From Chiloscyllium plagiosum (taxonomy: Eukaryota): 64,000 nt of DNA. The stretch spans positions 27,613,410 to 27,677,409 of the forward strand of contig NC_057720.1 in the NCBI RefSeq assembly GCF_004010195.1, read 5' to 3'. The notes under the pieces were generated by a model, which did no database searches, was not told the DNA's origin, and saw only the letters and a list, made by a program, of their open reading frames with translations. Made by a program: the position numbers and the translations under genes. Within the stretch, counting starts at the first letter, position 1. Each line of letters starts with the position of its first letter. Below are positions 13,689-27,728 of this stretch, one piece after another.

Positions 13689-14281
13689 NNNNNNNNNNNN
13701 NNNNNNNNNNNNNNNNNNNNNNNNNNNNNNNNNNNNNNNNNNNNNNNNNNNNNNNNNNNNNNNNNNNNNNNNNNNNNNNNNNNNNNNNNNNNNNNNNNNN
13801 NNNNNNNNNNNNNNNNNNNNNNNNNNNNNNNNNNNNNNNNNNNNNNNNNNNNNNNNNNNNNNNNNNNNNNNNNNNNNNNNNNNNNNNNNNNNNNNNNNNN
13901 NNNNNNNNNNNNNNNNNNNNNNNNNNNNNNNNNNNNNNNNNNNNNNNNNNNNNNNNNNNNNNNNNNNNNNNNNNNNNNNNNNNNNNNNNNNNNNNNNNNN
14001 NNNNNNNNNNNNNNNNNNNNNNNNNNNNNNNNNNNNNNNNNNNNNNNNNNNNNNNNNNNNNNNNNNNNNNNNNNNNNNNNNNNNNNNNNNNNNNNNNNNN
14101 NNNNNNNNNNNNNNNNNNNNNNNNNNNNNNNNNNNNNNNNNNNNNNNNNNNNNNNNNNNNNNNNNNNNNNNNNNNNNNNNNNNNNNNNNNNNNNNNNNNN
14201 NNNNNNNNNNNNNNNNNNNNNNNNNNNNNNNNNNNNNNNNNNNNNNNNNNNNNNNNNNNNNNNNNNNNNNNNNNNNNNNNN
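13689..14281. other. Assembly gap; others at 15670-16110 and 62798-63229
   Basis: N runs. Confidence 1.
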
Positions 14282-16732
14282 AACACTCCCTAGGACCTTA
14301 CCATTAAGTGTATAAGTCCTGCTCAGATTTGCTTTCCCAAAATGCATCACCTCGCATTTATCTGAATTAAACTCCATCTGCCACTTCTCAGCCCATTGCC
14401 CCATCTGGTCCAGATCTTGTTGTAATCTGCGGTAACCCTCTTCGCTGTCCACTCCACCTCCAATTTTGGTGTCATCTGCAAACTTACTAACTGTACCTCT
14501 TATGCTCGCATACCAAACATTTATGTAAATGACAAAAAGTAGAGGACCCAGCACCGATCCTTGTGTCACTCCACTGGTCACAGGCCTCCAGTCTGAAAAA
14601 CAACCCTCCACCACCACCCTCTGTCTTCTACCTTTGAGCCAGTTCTGTATCCAAATGGCTAGTTCTCCCTGTATTCCATGAGATCTAACCTTGCTAATCA
14701 GTCTCCCATTGGGAACCTTATCGAACGCCTTACTGAAGTCAATATAGATCCCATCTACCACTCTGCCCTCATCAATCTTCTTTGTTACTTCTCAAAAAAC
14801 TCAATCAAGTTTGAGAGACATGATTTCCCACGCACAAAGCCATGTTGACTATCCCCAATCAGTCCTTGTCTTTCCAAATACAGTCCTTGTCTTTCCTGTC
14901 CCTCAGGATTCCCTCCATCAAGTTGCCCACCACTGATGTCAGGCTCACCGGTCTACAGTTCCCTGGCTTGTCTTTACCGCCCTTCTTAAACAGTGGTACC
15001 ACGTTTGCGAACCTCCAGTCTTCCGGCACCTCACCTGTGACTATCGATGATACAAATATCTCAGCAAGAGGCCCAGCAATCACTTCTCTAGCTTCCCACA
15101 GAGTTCTCAGGTACACCTGATCAGGTCCTGGGGATGTATCCACCTTTAACCATTTCAAGACATCCAGTACTTCTGATGCAAATACTGATATTCATAAATG
15201 CAAGTATTCATTTATTATCTCCCCCATTTTCTGTGGCTCCACACAAAGACCGCCTTGCTGATCTTTGAGGGGCCCTATTCTCTCCCTAGTTACCCTTTGT
15301 CCTTAATATATTTGTAAAAACCCTTTGTATTCCCCTTAATTCTATTTGTCAAAGCTGTCTCATGTCCCCTTTTTGCCCTCCTGATTTCCCTCTTAAGTAT
15401 ACTCCAACTTCCTTTATACTCTTCTAAGGATTCACTTGATCTCTCCTGTCTATACCTGGCATATGCTTCCTTCTTTTTCTTAACCAAACCCTCAATTTGT
15501 TTCATCATCCAGCATTCCCTATACCTACCAGCCTTCCCTTTCACCCTGACAGGAATATACTTTCTCTGGATTCTTGTTATCTCACATCTGAAGGCTTCCC
15601 ATTTTCCAGCCGTCCCTTTACCTGCGAACATCTGCCTCCAATCAGCTTTCGAAAGTTCTTGCCTAATACNNNNNNNNNNNNNNNNNNNNNNNNNNNNNNN
15701 NNNNNNNNNNNNNNNNNNNNNNNNNNNNNNNNNNNNNNNNNNNNNNNNNNNNNNNNNNNNNNNNNNNNNNNNNNNNNNNNNNNNNNNNNNNNNNNNNNNN
15801 NNNNNNNNNNNNNNNNNNNNNNNNNNNNNNNNNNNNNNNNNNNNNNNNNNNNNNNNNNNNNNNNNNNNNNNNNNNNNNNNNNNNNNNNNNNNNNNNNNNN
15901 NNNNNNNNNNNNNNNNNNNNNNNNNNNNNNNNNNNNNNNNNNNNNNNNNNNNNNNNNNNNNNNNNNNNNNNNNNNNNNNNNNNNNNNNNNNNNNNNNNNN
16001 NNNNNNNNNNNNNNNNNNNNNNNNNNNNNNNNNNNNNNNNNNNNNNNNNNNNNNNNNNNNNNNNNNNNNNNNNNNNNNNNNNNNNNNNNNNNNNNNNNNN
16101 NNNNNNNNNNCTGAGTTCATCTGCCTTCCCTGTTAGGCCCCTTGCATTGAAATAAATGCAGTTTAATTTATTAGTCCTACCTTGTCCCTGCCTGCCCTGA
16201 CTGTTTGACTCGCGTCTGTTCTCAATTGATCTCTTTCCTCACTATCTCCCTGGGTCCCACCTCTCCACCATACTAGTTTAAATCCTCCCGAGCAGTTCTA
16301 GCAAATTTCCCTGCCAGTATATTAGTCCCCTTCCAATTTAGGTGCAATCCGTCCTTCTTGTACAGGTCACTTCTACCCCAAAAGAGATTCCAATGATCCA
16401 AAAATGTGAATCCTTCTCTCATACACCAGCTCCTCAGCCATGCATTCATCTGCTCTAACCTCCTATTCCTGCCCTCACTAGCACTGGGAGTAATCCAATT
16501 ATTACTACTCTTGAGGACCTCCTTTTTAAATTTCTTCATAACTCTCTGTAATCTCCCTTCAGAATCTCAACCTTTTCCCTTCCTATATCATTGGTTCCAA
16601 TGTGGACAATGACCTCTTGCTGGCCCCTCTCCCCCGTGAGAACATTCTGCACCCTCTCTGCACGATCCTTGATCCTGGCACCAGGGAATCAACACACCAT
16701 TCTGATTTTTCTATGCTGGCCACAAAAACGCC
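14282..16732 (-). mobile_element. CR1 LINE (HER1-like), gapped: ORF1 SGNH esterase plus ORF2 RT
   Basis: ORF1 ..NAWLRSWC..DGLHLN.. (esterase block V). ORF2 DFSKAFDKV, QGSVLGP, FADDTK. Confidence 0.9.
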
Positions 16733-18750
16733 TCAGACTACAGAATCCCCGAACACAATTGATCTCTTGTGAATGTCAGCCTGTGGGAGAATTAATAGCT
16801 GGGAGAATCAATTTAATACACCTTTAATTCAAAGCCATTCTCCTACAATCTCTCCTTTTAAGTCAATGGCACCTTATTTCTTTCAGGTGGACATTTCAAC
16901 AGAGGTGTTAAGGTGTAGGTTGCACAAATTTGGATGTTACTGCACCACCCCACTTTACCAAAATTGCTCATTTTAACCCTCAATGGCAGCCATGAATTGT
17001 CTCTTACTGAAGCACGTCAAATGTTTTGCAAATAATTACTAGCTATCCAAGTCACTTCCTTTAGCTGGAATATGCAGTATCACCAGGTGCTCCAAGAAAG
17101 TTTAAAGAGCAATTGGACTATTGCCTTTCAGGAATCCGACACTGCTTTCTCAGCATTTTGAAACACATCCCCACATATCTAAATCTATCTTAATTTCGAG
17201 TGTCAAGACAGAAGCTAACATTATTGACAGACTATTTTTCTGGCTTCACTAAGTGATCCTTCAATTTCCAGGTCACCAGAAATCTAACCACTATAATATG
17301 CCCTGATAAAGATAATCACAGTTTGACTGATTTGTTTCCTGCTTGACTCCAGAGCAACTGCAATGTAACTGAGCTTTCCTTGCTCAATTTGGAACAGGTG
17401 ACAAAAAATAGTCCAGCCAAGATTCACCTCTGGCTCAAACTTGGCTGATCTATAGTCGCAAATACTTCTAACATTTTTGACTGAGCTTATTAAATATGTA
17501 TGGATTAACCAAATTGATATAACTTAGTGTTCTCACCTCAAATCAATTGTTAAAATACAATTTTTTCTTTCCACTGTGAGATTTCTCCGAAATAATGAGT
17601 TGCTGTTCGTAGTGATTAAAGTGTTTCACTTTGGAAATGAGCACTGTGCCTTACAGATCTCCAAGTGGTAGTCTTTTAGACAGACTTATTTTTGGAGTCA
17701 ACTCTTAAATGATTTGAAGTGTTTTCTGTTTATTTATTTAAACATGGTTTGATGCTTTGAGGATTGCTGTTCCTCTGAGAAAATAATTTTTGCTTACCTA
17801 TCAAATCTGAGCCATCTGCTTATACGTGATCTGCAGCACTGTAGAGCTATGAAGCAATCTAATTATGAAGTACTTTCTCTGTTTGAAACACTTCTACAAC
17901 TATTAAAATGCAATTTACTGAAATACCAGTAAAATTAGTTCAATTATCATTAGCACTGACAACATAAGTCCAAATTCTCTTTTTAAAACAACTTGATTTT
18001 ATAACATCATGACTTTCTGTTTGATCATTGAGAAACAAATATAATTAGAGTGTCCTCTTTTCCTCTCCATATTTTGAGGTACATTTTCAGCTTGCCAGGA
18101 ATAAACTGGAATTGCAGGTTGGCATTTCATTGGGAAAGAAGTATGATAGTCTTGACAGATAATAGGGGTGAGTGGGAAGGGGAGAAAACCTGCTAAAACA
18201 GGAAGTGGGGAGAGAGAAGACCTTTTGATTGGGGATGAGGTCCAACAAGGTAGCCTCCGTGGCAGCCTTTACTCGCCTGTAGCTTAGGACCTCACTTAGT
18301 GTCCTAGCCACCAAAATTGGAAGCCCTGATCTCAGTGACTTGGGTTTCCCAGAAATGTTTGCTTGTAGCCTAAGACTATTGAGTACAGTATCTTTAGAAA
18401 GCTTAATGTTTGTGTTTAGAATTACAATGCTGTGTGATGACTGGTTTGCAAAGTAGAATTATGCCAAGAGTATGAATTGAATTCCTGCACCAGCTAACAT
18501 TACCATGAAGGGCTCCTACTCAACCACTCGCCTTACCTGAGGAGTGGTGACCCTCAGGTTGAACCACCACCAATTAGATTAGATTAGATTTGTCTCTTTC
18601 TAATGAGAGGGCAGCCTTCTGGTCTAGTGACTGGCAATCTTACCTTTCTTACCTATGTAATTTTCAAATACAGAAAATCTGCAAGAGCTATTCACTTATC
18701 GCTTGTCTATTTTGATATGATTTTTATAAACTCATTCAGTTGTACAGCAT

Positions 18751-18911
18751 TGCTGAAATGTGTTGCTGGAACAGCGCAGCAGGTCAGGCAGCATCCAGAG
18801 AACAGGAGAAACGTCGATTCTCCTGTTCCCTGGATGCTGCCTGACCTGCTGTGCTGTTCCAGCAACACATTTCAGCTCTGATCTCCAGCATCTGCAGACC
18901 TCACTTTCTCC
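18751..18911. mobile_element. Fold-back PLE mini-element, family A, inserted in a CR1 tail
   Basis: Inverted arms. Perfect 15-bp TSD tcagttgtacagcat at 18736-50 and 18912-26. Confidence 0.8.
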
Positions 18912-18926
18912 TCAGTTGTACAGCAT

Positions 18927-20141
18927 GGAAACCGACCCTTTGGTCCAACTAGTCCATGCCAACCACTTTCCCAAACTAAACTCATCCCATCTGCCTGCAT
19001 TTGACTCATATCCCTCCAAACCTTTCCTATTCATGTGCTTATCCAATTGTCTTTTAACTGTACCTGCATCCACCACTTCCTCCGTCAGTGCATTCCACAC
19101 ATGAACCACTTTCTGTGTAAAAAAATCATTGCTCCCATTCTTTTTAAATCTTTCTCGTCTAAGCTTAAAAATATGCTCCCTAGTTTGAACTCTCCCATCC
19201 ACGGGAAAAGACCTTTACTATTCACCTTATCTATGTCACTCATGATTTCATAACTGTCTAAGGTCTCTCCACAATCTCCGATGCTCTCGTGAAAAAAATT
19301 CCAGCCCATCTGTATTACTCAAACCCTCCAGTCCCAACAACATTCTGGTAAATATTTTCTGCACCCTCTCCAGTTTAATAATATCATCCTATAACAGGGT
19401 GACTAGAATTGCACAAAGTATTCCAGAAGAGGCATCACCAACATCCTGTACAACCTCAACATAATGTACCAATTCCTATACTCAAAAGTCTGAGCAATGA
19501 AGTGTGCTAAACTACCTTATTTACCTGTGACACAAATTTCAAAGAGTTATGTACACGAAGCTCTGGGTCTCTAAGTTCTACAACAGTACCCAGGACTCTA
19601 CCATTAATTATATAAGTCATATCCTTGTTTGTAATACCAAAATGGAATACCTCACATTTATCCAAATTAAACTCCATCTGCCACCCCTCAGCCCACTGAC
19701 CCAGTTGATCAAGATCCCTTTGTAATCTTAGATAACCTTCTTCATTGCCTATTATACCACCAATTTTAGTGTCATCCGCAAACACACTAATCATGCCTCT
19801 TATATTTGATTCCAAATCATTGATATAAATGACAAACAAAAGTGCACCAAATACCAATCCCCATGGAACACCACTGTTCACAGGTGTCCAGTTTGAAAAA
19901 CAGTCCTCCACCAGCACCCTCTGTCTCCTATCCGAAAGCCAATTTTGTATGCATTTGGCAAGCTCACCCTGAATTCCATGTGATTCAACTTTACTAATCA
20001 GTCTATCGTTGCAGCACCTTATCAAAGGCTTTACTAAAATCCAAATAATGTTTACTGCTCTGCCCTCATTAATCTTTTTGGTTACTTCCTCAAAAAACTC
20101 AATCAAGTTTGTGAGACCCGATTTCCCTCGCACGAAACCAT
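18927..20141 (-). mobile_element. CR1 LINE 3' portion
   Basis: TNLIEFFEEVT, FADDTK, FNLDKCEV motifs and CR1 tail. Confidence 0.9.
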
Positions 20142-21288
20142 TTGTTGAAATCATCCTGGTTTCTATTTTCTGGGAGGCAGCAGAATTGCAAAGTTCTGAT
20201 AATAGAACCTCTTTTTTTGAGCCTTTGTTGCCATGTGATATTTTTCCAATGCTGAATGTATAAAATTTTATTGATATCTTGTAGATTGGCTCTATTCATA
20301 ATTCTGTTGTGTCAATGTCGTTACAATTATTCATGTTAGTTCAGATTTACCCCCTTTCAAAAAGCTCCAGAGCCTATTGGATTTTAACACTTTATTGAAC
20401 ATGAAGCCGTTTGTGATACTCATCCTAAACTTATGGCCCAATTCAACCCAGTTCATACTCATTCAACTCAGTCTTGCTGCTCCGTCAGATCAATAAAGTC
20501 ATATCTTCAGAACACACTCAAACCTTAAATCTCACAGATCTCTTCAGATTCCTGTTTTATCTTTAAAATACTCTCTTGCTTTCTTCAGGCTGGAATTATT
20601 TCACTGGGAGTAAAGTTGTCTATCTGTGTGCAGTTCACGTTTTGTGGAAAATGTTCTGTCACTGTAGGTTGTGACACTCTCTTGTAGTCATTTATGCAGG
20701 ATTTGTCCAAATACAGTTGAATGCATCACACTGCTTGGTTGCTTAATAATTTGAGTATCATCATGATTACTGTGATGATGCAATGTGTTTTGGAAATGCA
20801 CACGATCACAAGTGAAGTTGACAAAGACTTAATTATTGATGTTAAATATAAAGGCTTGCCTTGCATTAGGAAACATTTCCTGCCTGTGTTTGTTTGTTCC
20901 CTGATATTCAACTTTAAATCTCTTGAATCAAAATGGAAGAAGTCATATTTTCTGATGCTATTGAAAATGCATAAAAATGTAATTGTTGCACGTTAATTGC
21001 GCTCACTAGTTTTCATGAAGAAGTGGAATAAATGCTGCAAAATATTCTTCATGTAATGCTCAAAGCAAATCCTACATAAAAATCTTCATAAAAGTTTATT
21101 GTTGTGCTAATTAATAAATTTACCAAATGTCAGTATTTGGGTAGTTGATTCAATTTGCAAATATCTGGCAGCAGCATGATTTACAAATGTAGGGGCTGCC
21201 ATATTGAAGGTGAATTCACTAAGTCACTTTGACAATTTTTAAGTAGCAATGTCAGCAGTGATTTTTGTACTTCATGCATTCCAAGTCA

Positions 21289-21498
21289 CCTCGGAGAAAG
21301 TGGAGACTACAGATGCTGGAGATCAGAGTCAAGAGTGTGGGTGGTAGAAAAGGACAGCAGGTCAGGCAGCATCCGAGGAGCAGGACAATCGACATTTCGG
21401 GCATAAGCCTTTCCTGTTGAAGGGCTTATGCCTGAAACGTCGATTCTCCTGCTCCTCAGATGCTGCCTGACCTGCTGTCCTTTTCCAGCATCACACTC
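21289..21498. mobile_element. Fold-back PLE mini-element, family A
   Basis: Inverted arms centred near 21413. 13-bp TSD gcattccaagtca at 21276-88 and 21499-511. Confidence 0.8.
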
Positions 21499-22542
21499 GC
21501 ATTCCAAGTCATACCAAGTAAACACTGTGTACGTTGGATACAGTAAAGGACATGGACTCATCAACATCCTGGCTGCAGTGCTAAAGACGTATGCTCCAGA
21601 ACTAGCCACAATTATGCCAAGCTATGACAGCTCACCTCTGGTATATGTTCAATAAACTGGAAAAGTTTGTAATGTCACTGGAAAAATAGGAGAAATCCAA
21701 TCTCACTAATTATCATACTATAGTCTACTTTCATTGTGAATAAAGTGGCCAATGGCAATTACTCATCTGTAACTTGCTCACCAATGTACAATTGAGTTTG
21801 ACCATGATCACTGAGCTCCTAACCTTATTATAGTCTTTGTCAAGAGAGCCAGAGTCCAGAGGTGAGGCGAGAGTGACTGCCCTTGACAGCTATGGAGGAT
21901 TTCATTGAGTGCGTCGATGGAGTCCTCATAAAAACTGCAGTCATTGGGAAAAGGACAGAAAACTCCTTTGGCTGGAGCCATTGCAATGCACAAAGGAAGA
22001 TGATTGCGGTCGAGATCAGTCATCTCAGTCCCAGGAGATTGCTGCAGGACACTGGCAGTATTTTTAATCAGTTTGTTCAGGTGGGACTTGAACCCAGGCC
22101 TCTTCTCTCAGACGTAGGAACACTACTAATGTACAACAGCCCCTGCTGGGCAGTAGCAGAGTTCTAGATATAATTGCTTTGAACTGCTTCATCAATTACC
22201 ATTAGAAAAGGAGATTAGAGAAGGTTCAGTTCCTTTTATGCTTCCTCTCGTCCCATTTACAACATGACCAGGACAGCATTCAGATTTGGACTGATGAGTG
22301 GCAATAATTTGTATACCATTTAAGTGCCAGGTAATAACAATCTCCACCAAAAAAGTATCTAACCATCTCACCCTGAGACCCAATAAGATTAACATTGTGG
22401 AATCTCCTGCCATCAACATGTGTCTCGCTATTGACAAGAATCTTAATGGGATCAGCCATATCAGTACTGAGCTGGTCAGAGCTTGGGTGATCTCAAGTAA
22501 GTAACTTGCCTGACAGCCAGAGCCTTACTGTAGTAGACAGAA

Positions 22543-22666
22543 CTGAAGAAGGATGTTACCCGAAACTTTCACTTTTCCATCTCCTGATACTGCTTGGCTA
22601 GCTATGTTCTTCCAGCCTCTTGTCTTTCTACTTTAGATTCCAGCATCTGCAGTGTTTTGCCTCTAA
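22543..22666 (+). mobile_element. Solo PLE pLTR fragment (variant subfamily) nested in a LINE
   Basis: CTGAAGAAGG..CCCGAAAC start. Homologous to 7768-7892. Confidence 0.6.
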
Positions 22667-23079
22667 ATGAGCCTTGCCATAATCTACAAAATAAAAGTCA
22701 GGAGTGTGATGGAATACTCTCTACTTTGCTGATGTTGACTGTACTGCTCCATCAAGAATCAACTTGCCATCCAAGAAAAAGCAACTCATTATCTTGGCAC
22801 CTCATTTACCACCTTTTACTACTCAGCCAACTACATTGTGTACCATCTACATGATGCACAACAGTATGTCACCAAAGCCCCTTTGACACCAGCTTCCAAA
22901 CCTGCAACCTCTCCCACCCAGAAGAACAAAATCAACAGGCAAGAGAATCCAGTAGCCTGTAAATTCCCTTCCAATGTGTAAAATCATTCTGACTTAGAAT
23001 ACATTACCCTTCCTTCACTGTCCAATGGTCAAAGTCCTGGGACTGCCTCCCTTATAGTCCTGTGAGTGTACTAATAAAG

Positions 23080-23955
23080 AGTCATAGAGATGTACAGCAT
23101 GGAAACAGACCTTCAATCCAACTCGTCCATGCCACCCAGATATCCTGAATTAATCTAGTCCCACTGCCAGCACTTGGCCCAAATCCCTGTAAATCCGTCC
23201 TATTCATATATTCATCCAGATGCCTTTTAAATGTTGTAATTGTACCAGCCTCCACAACTTCCTCTGGCAGCTCATTCCATGCACTCACCATCCTCTGAGT
23301 GAAAAAGTTTCCCCTTAGGCACTTTTTAAATATTTCCCCTCTCACCCTAAACCTATGCCCTCTAGTTCTGGACTCCCCCATCCCTGGGAAAAGACTTTGT
23401 CTATTTACCCTATCCATGTCCCTCGTAATTTTATAAACCTCTATAAGGTCACCCCTCAGCCTCTGACGCTCCAGGGAAAACACTCCAGCCTATTTGGCCT
23501 CTCCCTATAGCACAAACCCTCCAACCCTGGCAACATTCTTGTAAATCTTTTCTGAACCGTTTCAAGTTTCACAACATTCTTCATATAGGAGGGAGAACAG
23601 AATTACACACAATATTCCAACAGTGGCCTAACCAGTGGCCGCAACATGACCTCCCAACTCTTATACTCAATGTTCTGACCAAAAAAGGAAAGCATACCAA
23701 ATGCCTTCTTCACTATCCTATCTACCTGCAACTCCACCTTGAAGGAACTATGAATCTGCATTCTAAATTCTCTTTGTTCAGCAACGCTCCCCAGGCCCTT
23801 ACCTTTCGGTGTATAAGTCCTGCCCTGATTTTCCAAAATGCAGCTCCTTACATTTATTAAATTAAACTCCACCTGTCGCTCATTGGCCCATCTGATCAAG
23901 ATCCCATTGTACTCTGAGGTAACCCTCTTCACAGTCCACTACACCTCCAATTTTA
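23080..23955 (-). mobile_element. CR1 LINE 3' fragment
   Basis: LVRPLLEYC, FSLERQRLRGDLIEVYK, FFTQR..WNELP. Confidence 0.9.
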
Positions 23956-24457
23956 TCAGATAGACTGCAGTGTTTCAAGAAGATGTCATCTCCTCAAGGT
24001 CAATCAGCGACAGGCAACAAATCTTGGCTTTAGCAGTCTTTTTATTGTAACGTATTCCTTTTCAGGTCTAATTCTTAATAATATCAGTAACCTTTTGAAA
24101 TCCTCTCTGAGCAGCTATAAAGCATTGAATATATTCTGGATAAATGGGAATAAATTGCTGATGCAAAGATGCAGTCCTGTATTGTTTATCTGTGTGTCTC
24201 AGTTAACAAACACATAGACTTTCATGTTACATCGGATATGCATGAACAAACTCCTCTCCAGCCAGAAAACAAAATTATATTTTTTTATGTGTATGCTGTG
24301 GAGGTTCATTATTCCTTTACTAAATTTGTCATAAGTTTAAATTCCATACCATTGTTATCTAACATATATGTGTCTATATAGTTTATAAAATCTGTTGATG
24401 ACTGACAACAATCCCCATGCTTTGAACACACTTGACCTTGTGTTTTTTTTAATATAG

Positions 24458-24577
24458 GTGAAATGTGATCAATATTGGCCATGCCGCGGCACGGAAACAT
24501 ATGGAATGATTCAGGTCACCCTACTGGACATGGTGGAGCTAGCAACCTATTCTGTACGAACATTTGCACTATATAAG
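24458..24577 (+). CDS. PTPRF: PTPRF exon, D1: [40 protein letters not shown] (absent from the ORF track)
   Basis: Poly-T tract and TAG acceptor at 24455-57, GTATGG donor at 24578. 120 nt, phase 0/0, KCxQYWP motif. Confidence 0.95.
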
Positions 24578-24784
24578 GTATGGCATCACTTTGTGTTTTG
24601 TATTTTTAGCCTGCTTATAGAAATTTAAAGGAGATATTAATCCTTTCGGTCTCTTCAACACTTTTATTGAGGTCTCCAAACTTTCTTGATGATTTCTGTA
24701 ATGTCTACACTTGAAGATGGCATTTTAAATACATATATGTGGCTCTGCTTCCTGAATGCTATGACATACAGAAGATGAGTTCAG

Positions 24785-25185
24785 AAATAGGATGGATAGG
24801 CCTGAACTGTTTTCTTTGGAGCAGAGGAGGCTGAGGGTGGACCTAATTGATCAGGTGTATAAGCTGATGAGGATGGACAGGATTGATAGAAAGCAGCTGT
24901 TCCCCTGAGTTGAAGGGTCAGAAAAGAGAAGGCTTAATTTACGGTGAACGACAAGAGGTTTGTAGGTAATTTGAGGATTTTCTTTTCACCCAGAGTAGAA
25001 ATCTGGACTGCACTGTCTAGGAGAGTAGTAGAGACGGGAAACCTCATAAAGTATATGTATGATCACCTGAAATGTCATAATATTCAAGGCTGTGGACAAA
25101 GTGCTGGAAAGTGGGATTAGTGTATATAGGTCAGCAGAGACTCAGTGGACCAAGAACAACTTCTTTGCTGTATGAATCTGCAGTT
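24785..25185 (+). mobile_element. Old CR1 3' fragment; similar fragments at about 27085-27900, 29380-29870, 34905-35320, 39580-40650 and 59700-59985
   Basis: Decayed RLRGDLI / FFTQRVV / WNxLP-coding DNA. Confidence 0.7.
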
Positions 25186-25189
25186 CTAC

Positions 25190-25522
25190 ACTTCTGCTCA
25201 GTACTGAAACTGTCCTGCACTGTCAAGATGCCATTTTTTTCAATCAGATGTGAAACCTTATCTATGCTTTCAAATTAGTGCAAAAGACCTCACAGCACTC
25301 CTTGAAGAAGGGCAAGGGGATTTCCCTGTGTCTTGACATTTATCCTTCCAGCGACATCTAAAACAGATGATTTGCTCATTCCGTTTATTGCTGTTTGCTG
25401 TGTGAAAATTGTCTGTTTTTTCTCCATTAAAGTAGTGGCTACATTTCACAAGTATTTCATTGTAAAAATTTTGGGATGATACAAGATCATAAAATGTACT
25501 ACTTAAATGCAAGTTATGCTTT
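25190..25522 (+). mobile_element. Ancient Deu-domain SINE (SacSINE1/AmnSINE1-like)
   Basis: Decayed Deu-like motifs: aaaagacctcacagcact..gaagaag.gc, taaaacagat, attgctgtttg, ..aaatgcaagt tail. Recognised from memory of the consensus. Confidence 0.6.
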
Positions 25523-26663
25523 TAAAATGCGCTTAATTCTAGAATTCTCCGAATGAACCAGAATGTTTAAATCTAACAAGAAATGAGAGAAAGATGAAGC
25601 TGAGAATTTATTTTGACGGCAGGACAGGATGAAAACAGGATGTTTTCCCTGGCTGATGACTCTAAACACATAATACATGCAATCTCATTATAAGGAGCAG
25701 GCTATTTAAGATTGAGATAGGGAGATTTTCTTTACTCAGGTGCTCATAAATCTTTGGAATTCTCCATGTCATTCTTTGAAAATGTGTTAAATGCAGAAAC
25801 TGTTGGATTTCTGGAGATTAATGGCAATAGGGGATATGAAATTAGTGTGAAAGAATAGCATTGAGGAGTTGATCAGCCATGATCTGAAATGGGCTGAATA
25901 GACTATTCCTCTTCCTATGTTTCTTTTATCACTTGTCCCAGAAATGCTGGTTATTATTACTAAGGGGTTTTTTAAATGCATTTAGAAAATCAAAGTATGA
26001 CCAGAGTCAGCATAGTCATATGAAAGGAAATTCATGTTTGACAAATATATTACTTTAAGACTGTACCTTTTTATTTTTCTGTACTTTCAATTGGATTAAA
26101 ATGAGACTGATTGTGGATTGAATAACTAAAGATTGTTTAACGTTTTACTGCACTTTTTTAAAAGCAAGTTACCTGACACCCATTTTAAGTGCTGTTTCCT
26201 CTGCTGTTTTGTTCAAGTAATAGTGGAGATGAACTGGATCCAGGGAATGTATATAAAGAGAGATTCGGCTGGCAAAAGTAGCAAATTAATTAGCTTAATC
26301 TACTTAAAGTGGACTGGTCTTTGAAAAGACAGATTATAGAGTCACAGAAATGTACAGACTCTTTGTCCAACTCGTCCATGCCAATTTGTCAATGACAAAG
26401 GCCTGCTAGCTGCTGACAACTATGCTCCCAGGTGTCTGAACAACTTGTAACCAGTCAGAACTATCAGTCCTCTCGATCTTTGCAATCCAAAACTGCCCAT
26501 CCTATCTTTGACTTTAGGTACGTTTATATGTAACCTATCGAAAGATGTCAGATTGTGTTCATTAGAAATCCTAGAAAAGGTTATATCTGTAACCTTATAC
26601 CAAATGTAGTTGCTTTTAGACTGTTTCAATCACGTCAGCTTATAAATGCACTTTGCTCAACAG

Positions 26664-26818
26664 AATGGCTCGAGTGAGAAACGGGAAGTGCGTCAGTTCC
26701 AGTTCATGGCTTGGCCAGACCATGGTGTTCCAGAATACCCTACTCCAATATTGGCATTCCTAAGGAGAGTTAAAGCATGCAATCCCCCAGATGCTGGTCC
26801 TATGGTGGTTCACTGCAG
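26664..26818 (+). CDS. PTPRF: PTPRF exon, D1 WPD loop: [51 protein letters not shown](S)
   Basis: CAG acceptor, GTATGT donor, 155 nt. FMAWPD, PTPILAF and VKACNP match PTPRF rather than PTPRD/PTPRS (from recalled human sequences). Confidence 0.95.
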
Positions 26819-27443
26819 GTATGTGGAATTGAAATATAGTGAACTTTTGTTTTAACTCGCACCTTATGAACAGACACTCTCGATAAACTGGCAAAATTAT
26901 ATACCTCAAATACCACAAAGTTTGTTATATTATTCTGTTCAATTATTATAGTTTTTTAAAATTTATTTACCTCAAAGTTGTTCAACGGAATAGCCACATG
27001 AAATATCAACAATTGACTCAATTTTGAGTCAATTTCTCCTCAAATACTGTGATCTATCACAATGTCAGAGTAGTCGGTTGAGAATACTACAATACAAGAG
27101 AGGGGATGCACTGATGAGACTGTTTAAGGCTCTCATCAGGCTGCATTTGGAACCTTGTGAGCAAGTTTAAACAAGTTTAAGCCCCAAATCTAAGAAAGGT
27201 CATGCTGGCATTGGAAGGGATCCACAGGAGGTTAACAAGAATGATCTCAGGGATGAAGGACTTGTCATACGAGGAGTGGTTGGGGACTCTGGGTCTATAT
27301 TTATTTGATGGAGCTTAGAAAGGATGAGGGGAGGATCTGATTGGAACTTACAGAATATTGAGAGACCTGAATAGAGTGGACATCGAGAAGATGTTTCTAA
27401 TAGCAGGGGAGACTAAGACTCAAGGGCACAACCTCAGAGGTTC

Positions 27444-27728
27444 ATAGAATCAGAAGGAGGCCACCCTCAACAACTCCCCCAAACAACAACCCACCCAGAG
27501 ACCTACCTTATCCCCTTAACCCCACATTTACTATGGCTAATCCATCTAGCCTGTACCTTTCTGGACATTATGGACAATTTACCACAACCAATCTACCTAA
27601 CCCATACATTTGTGGGAGCAAACCAGGTCACCCAGAGGAAACCCACACAGGCAGCCACCCAAGGCTAGAAACAAACCCAGGTCCCTGGAGTTCTGAGGCA
27701 GTGCTAACCACTGAGCCACCATGTCACC
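27444..27728 (-). mobile_element. Degenerate HE1-like SINE nested in a CR1 fragment
   Basis: gcagtgctaaccactgagccaccatg head. CR1 sequence resumes at ctcagag on both sides. Confidence 0.7.

Noticed and set aside
13580..16120. Long ORFs of 200-390 aa in the ORF track
   Set aside because: Inflated by N runs; only the CR1 portions are real.
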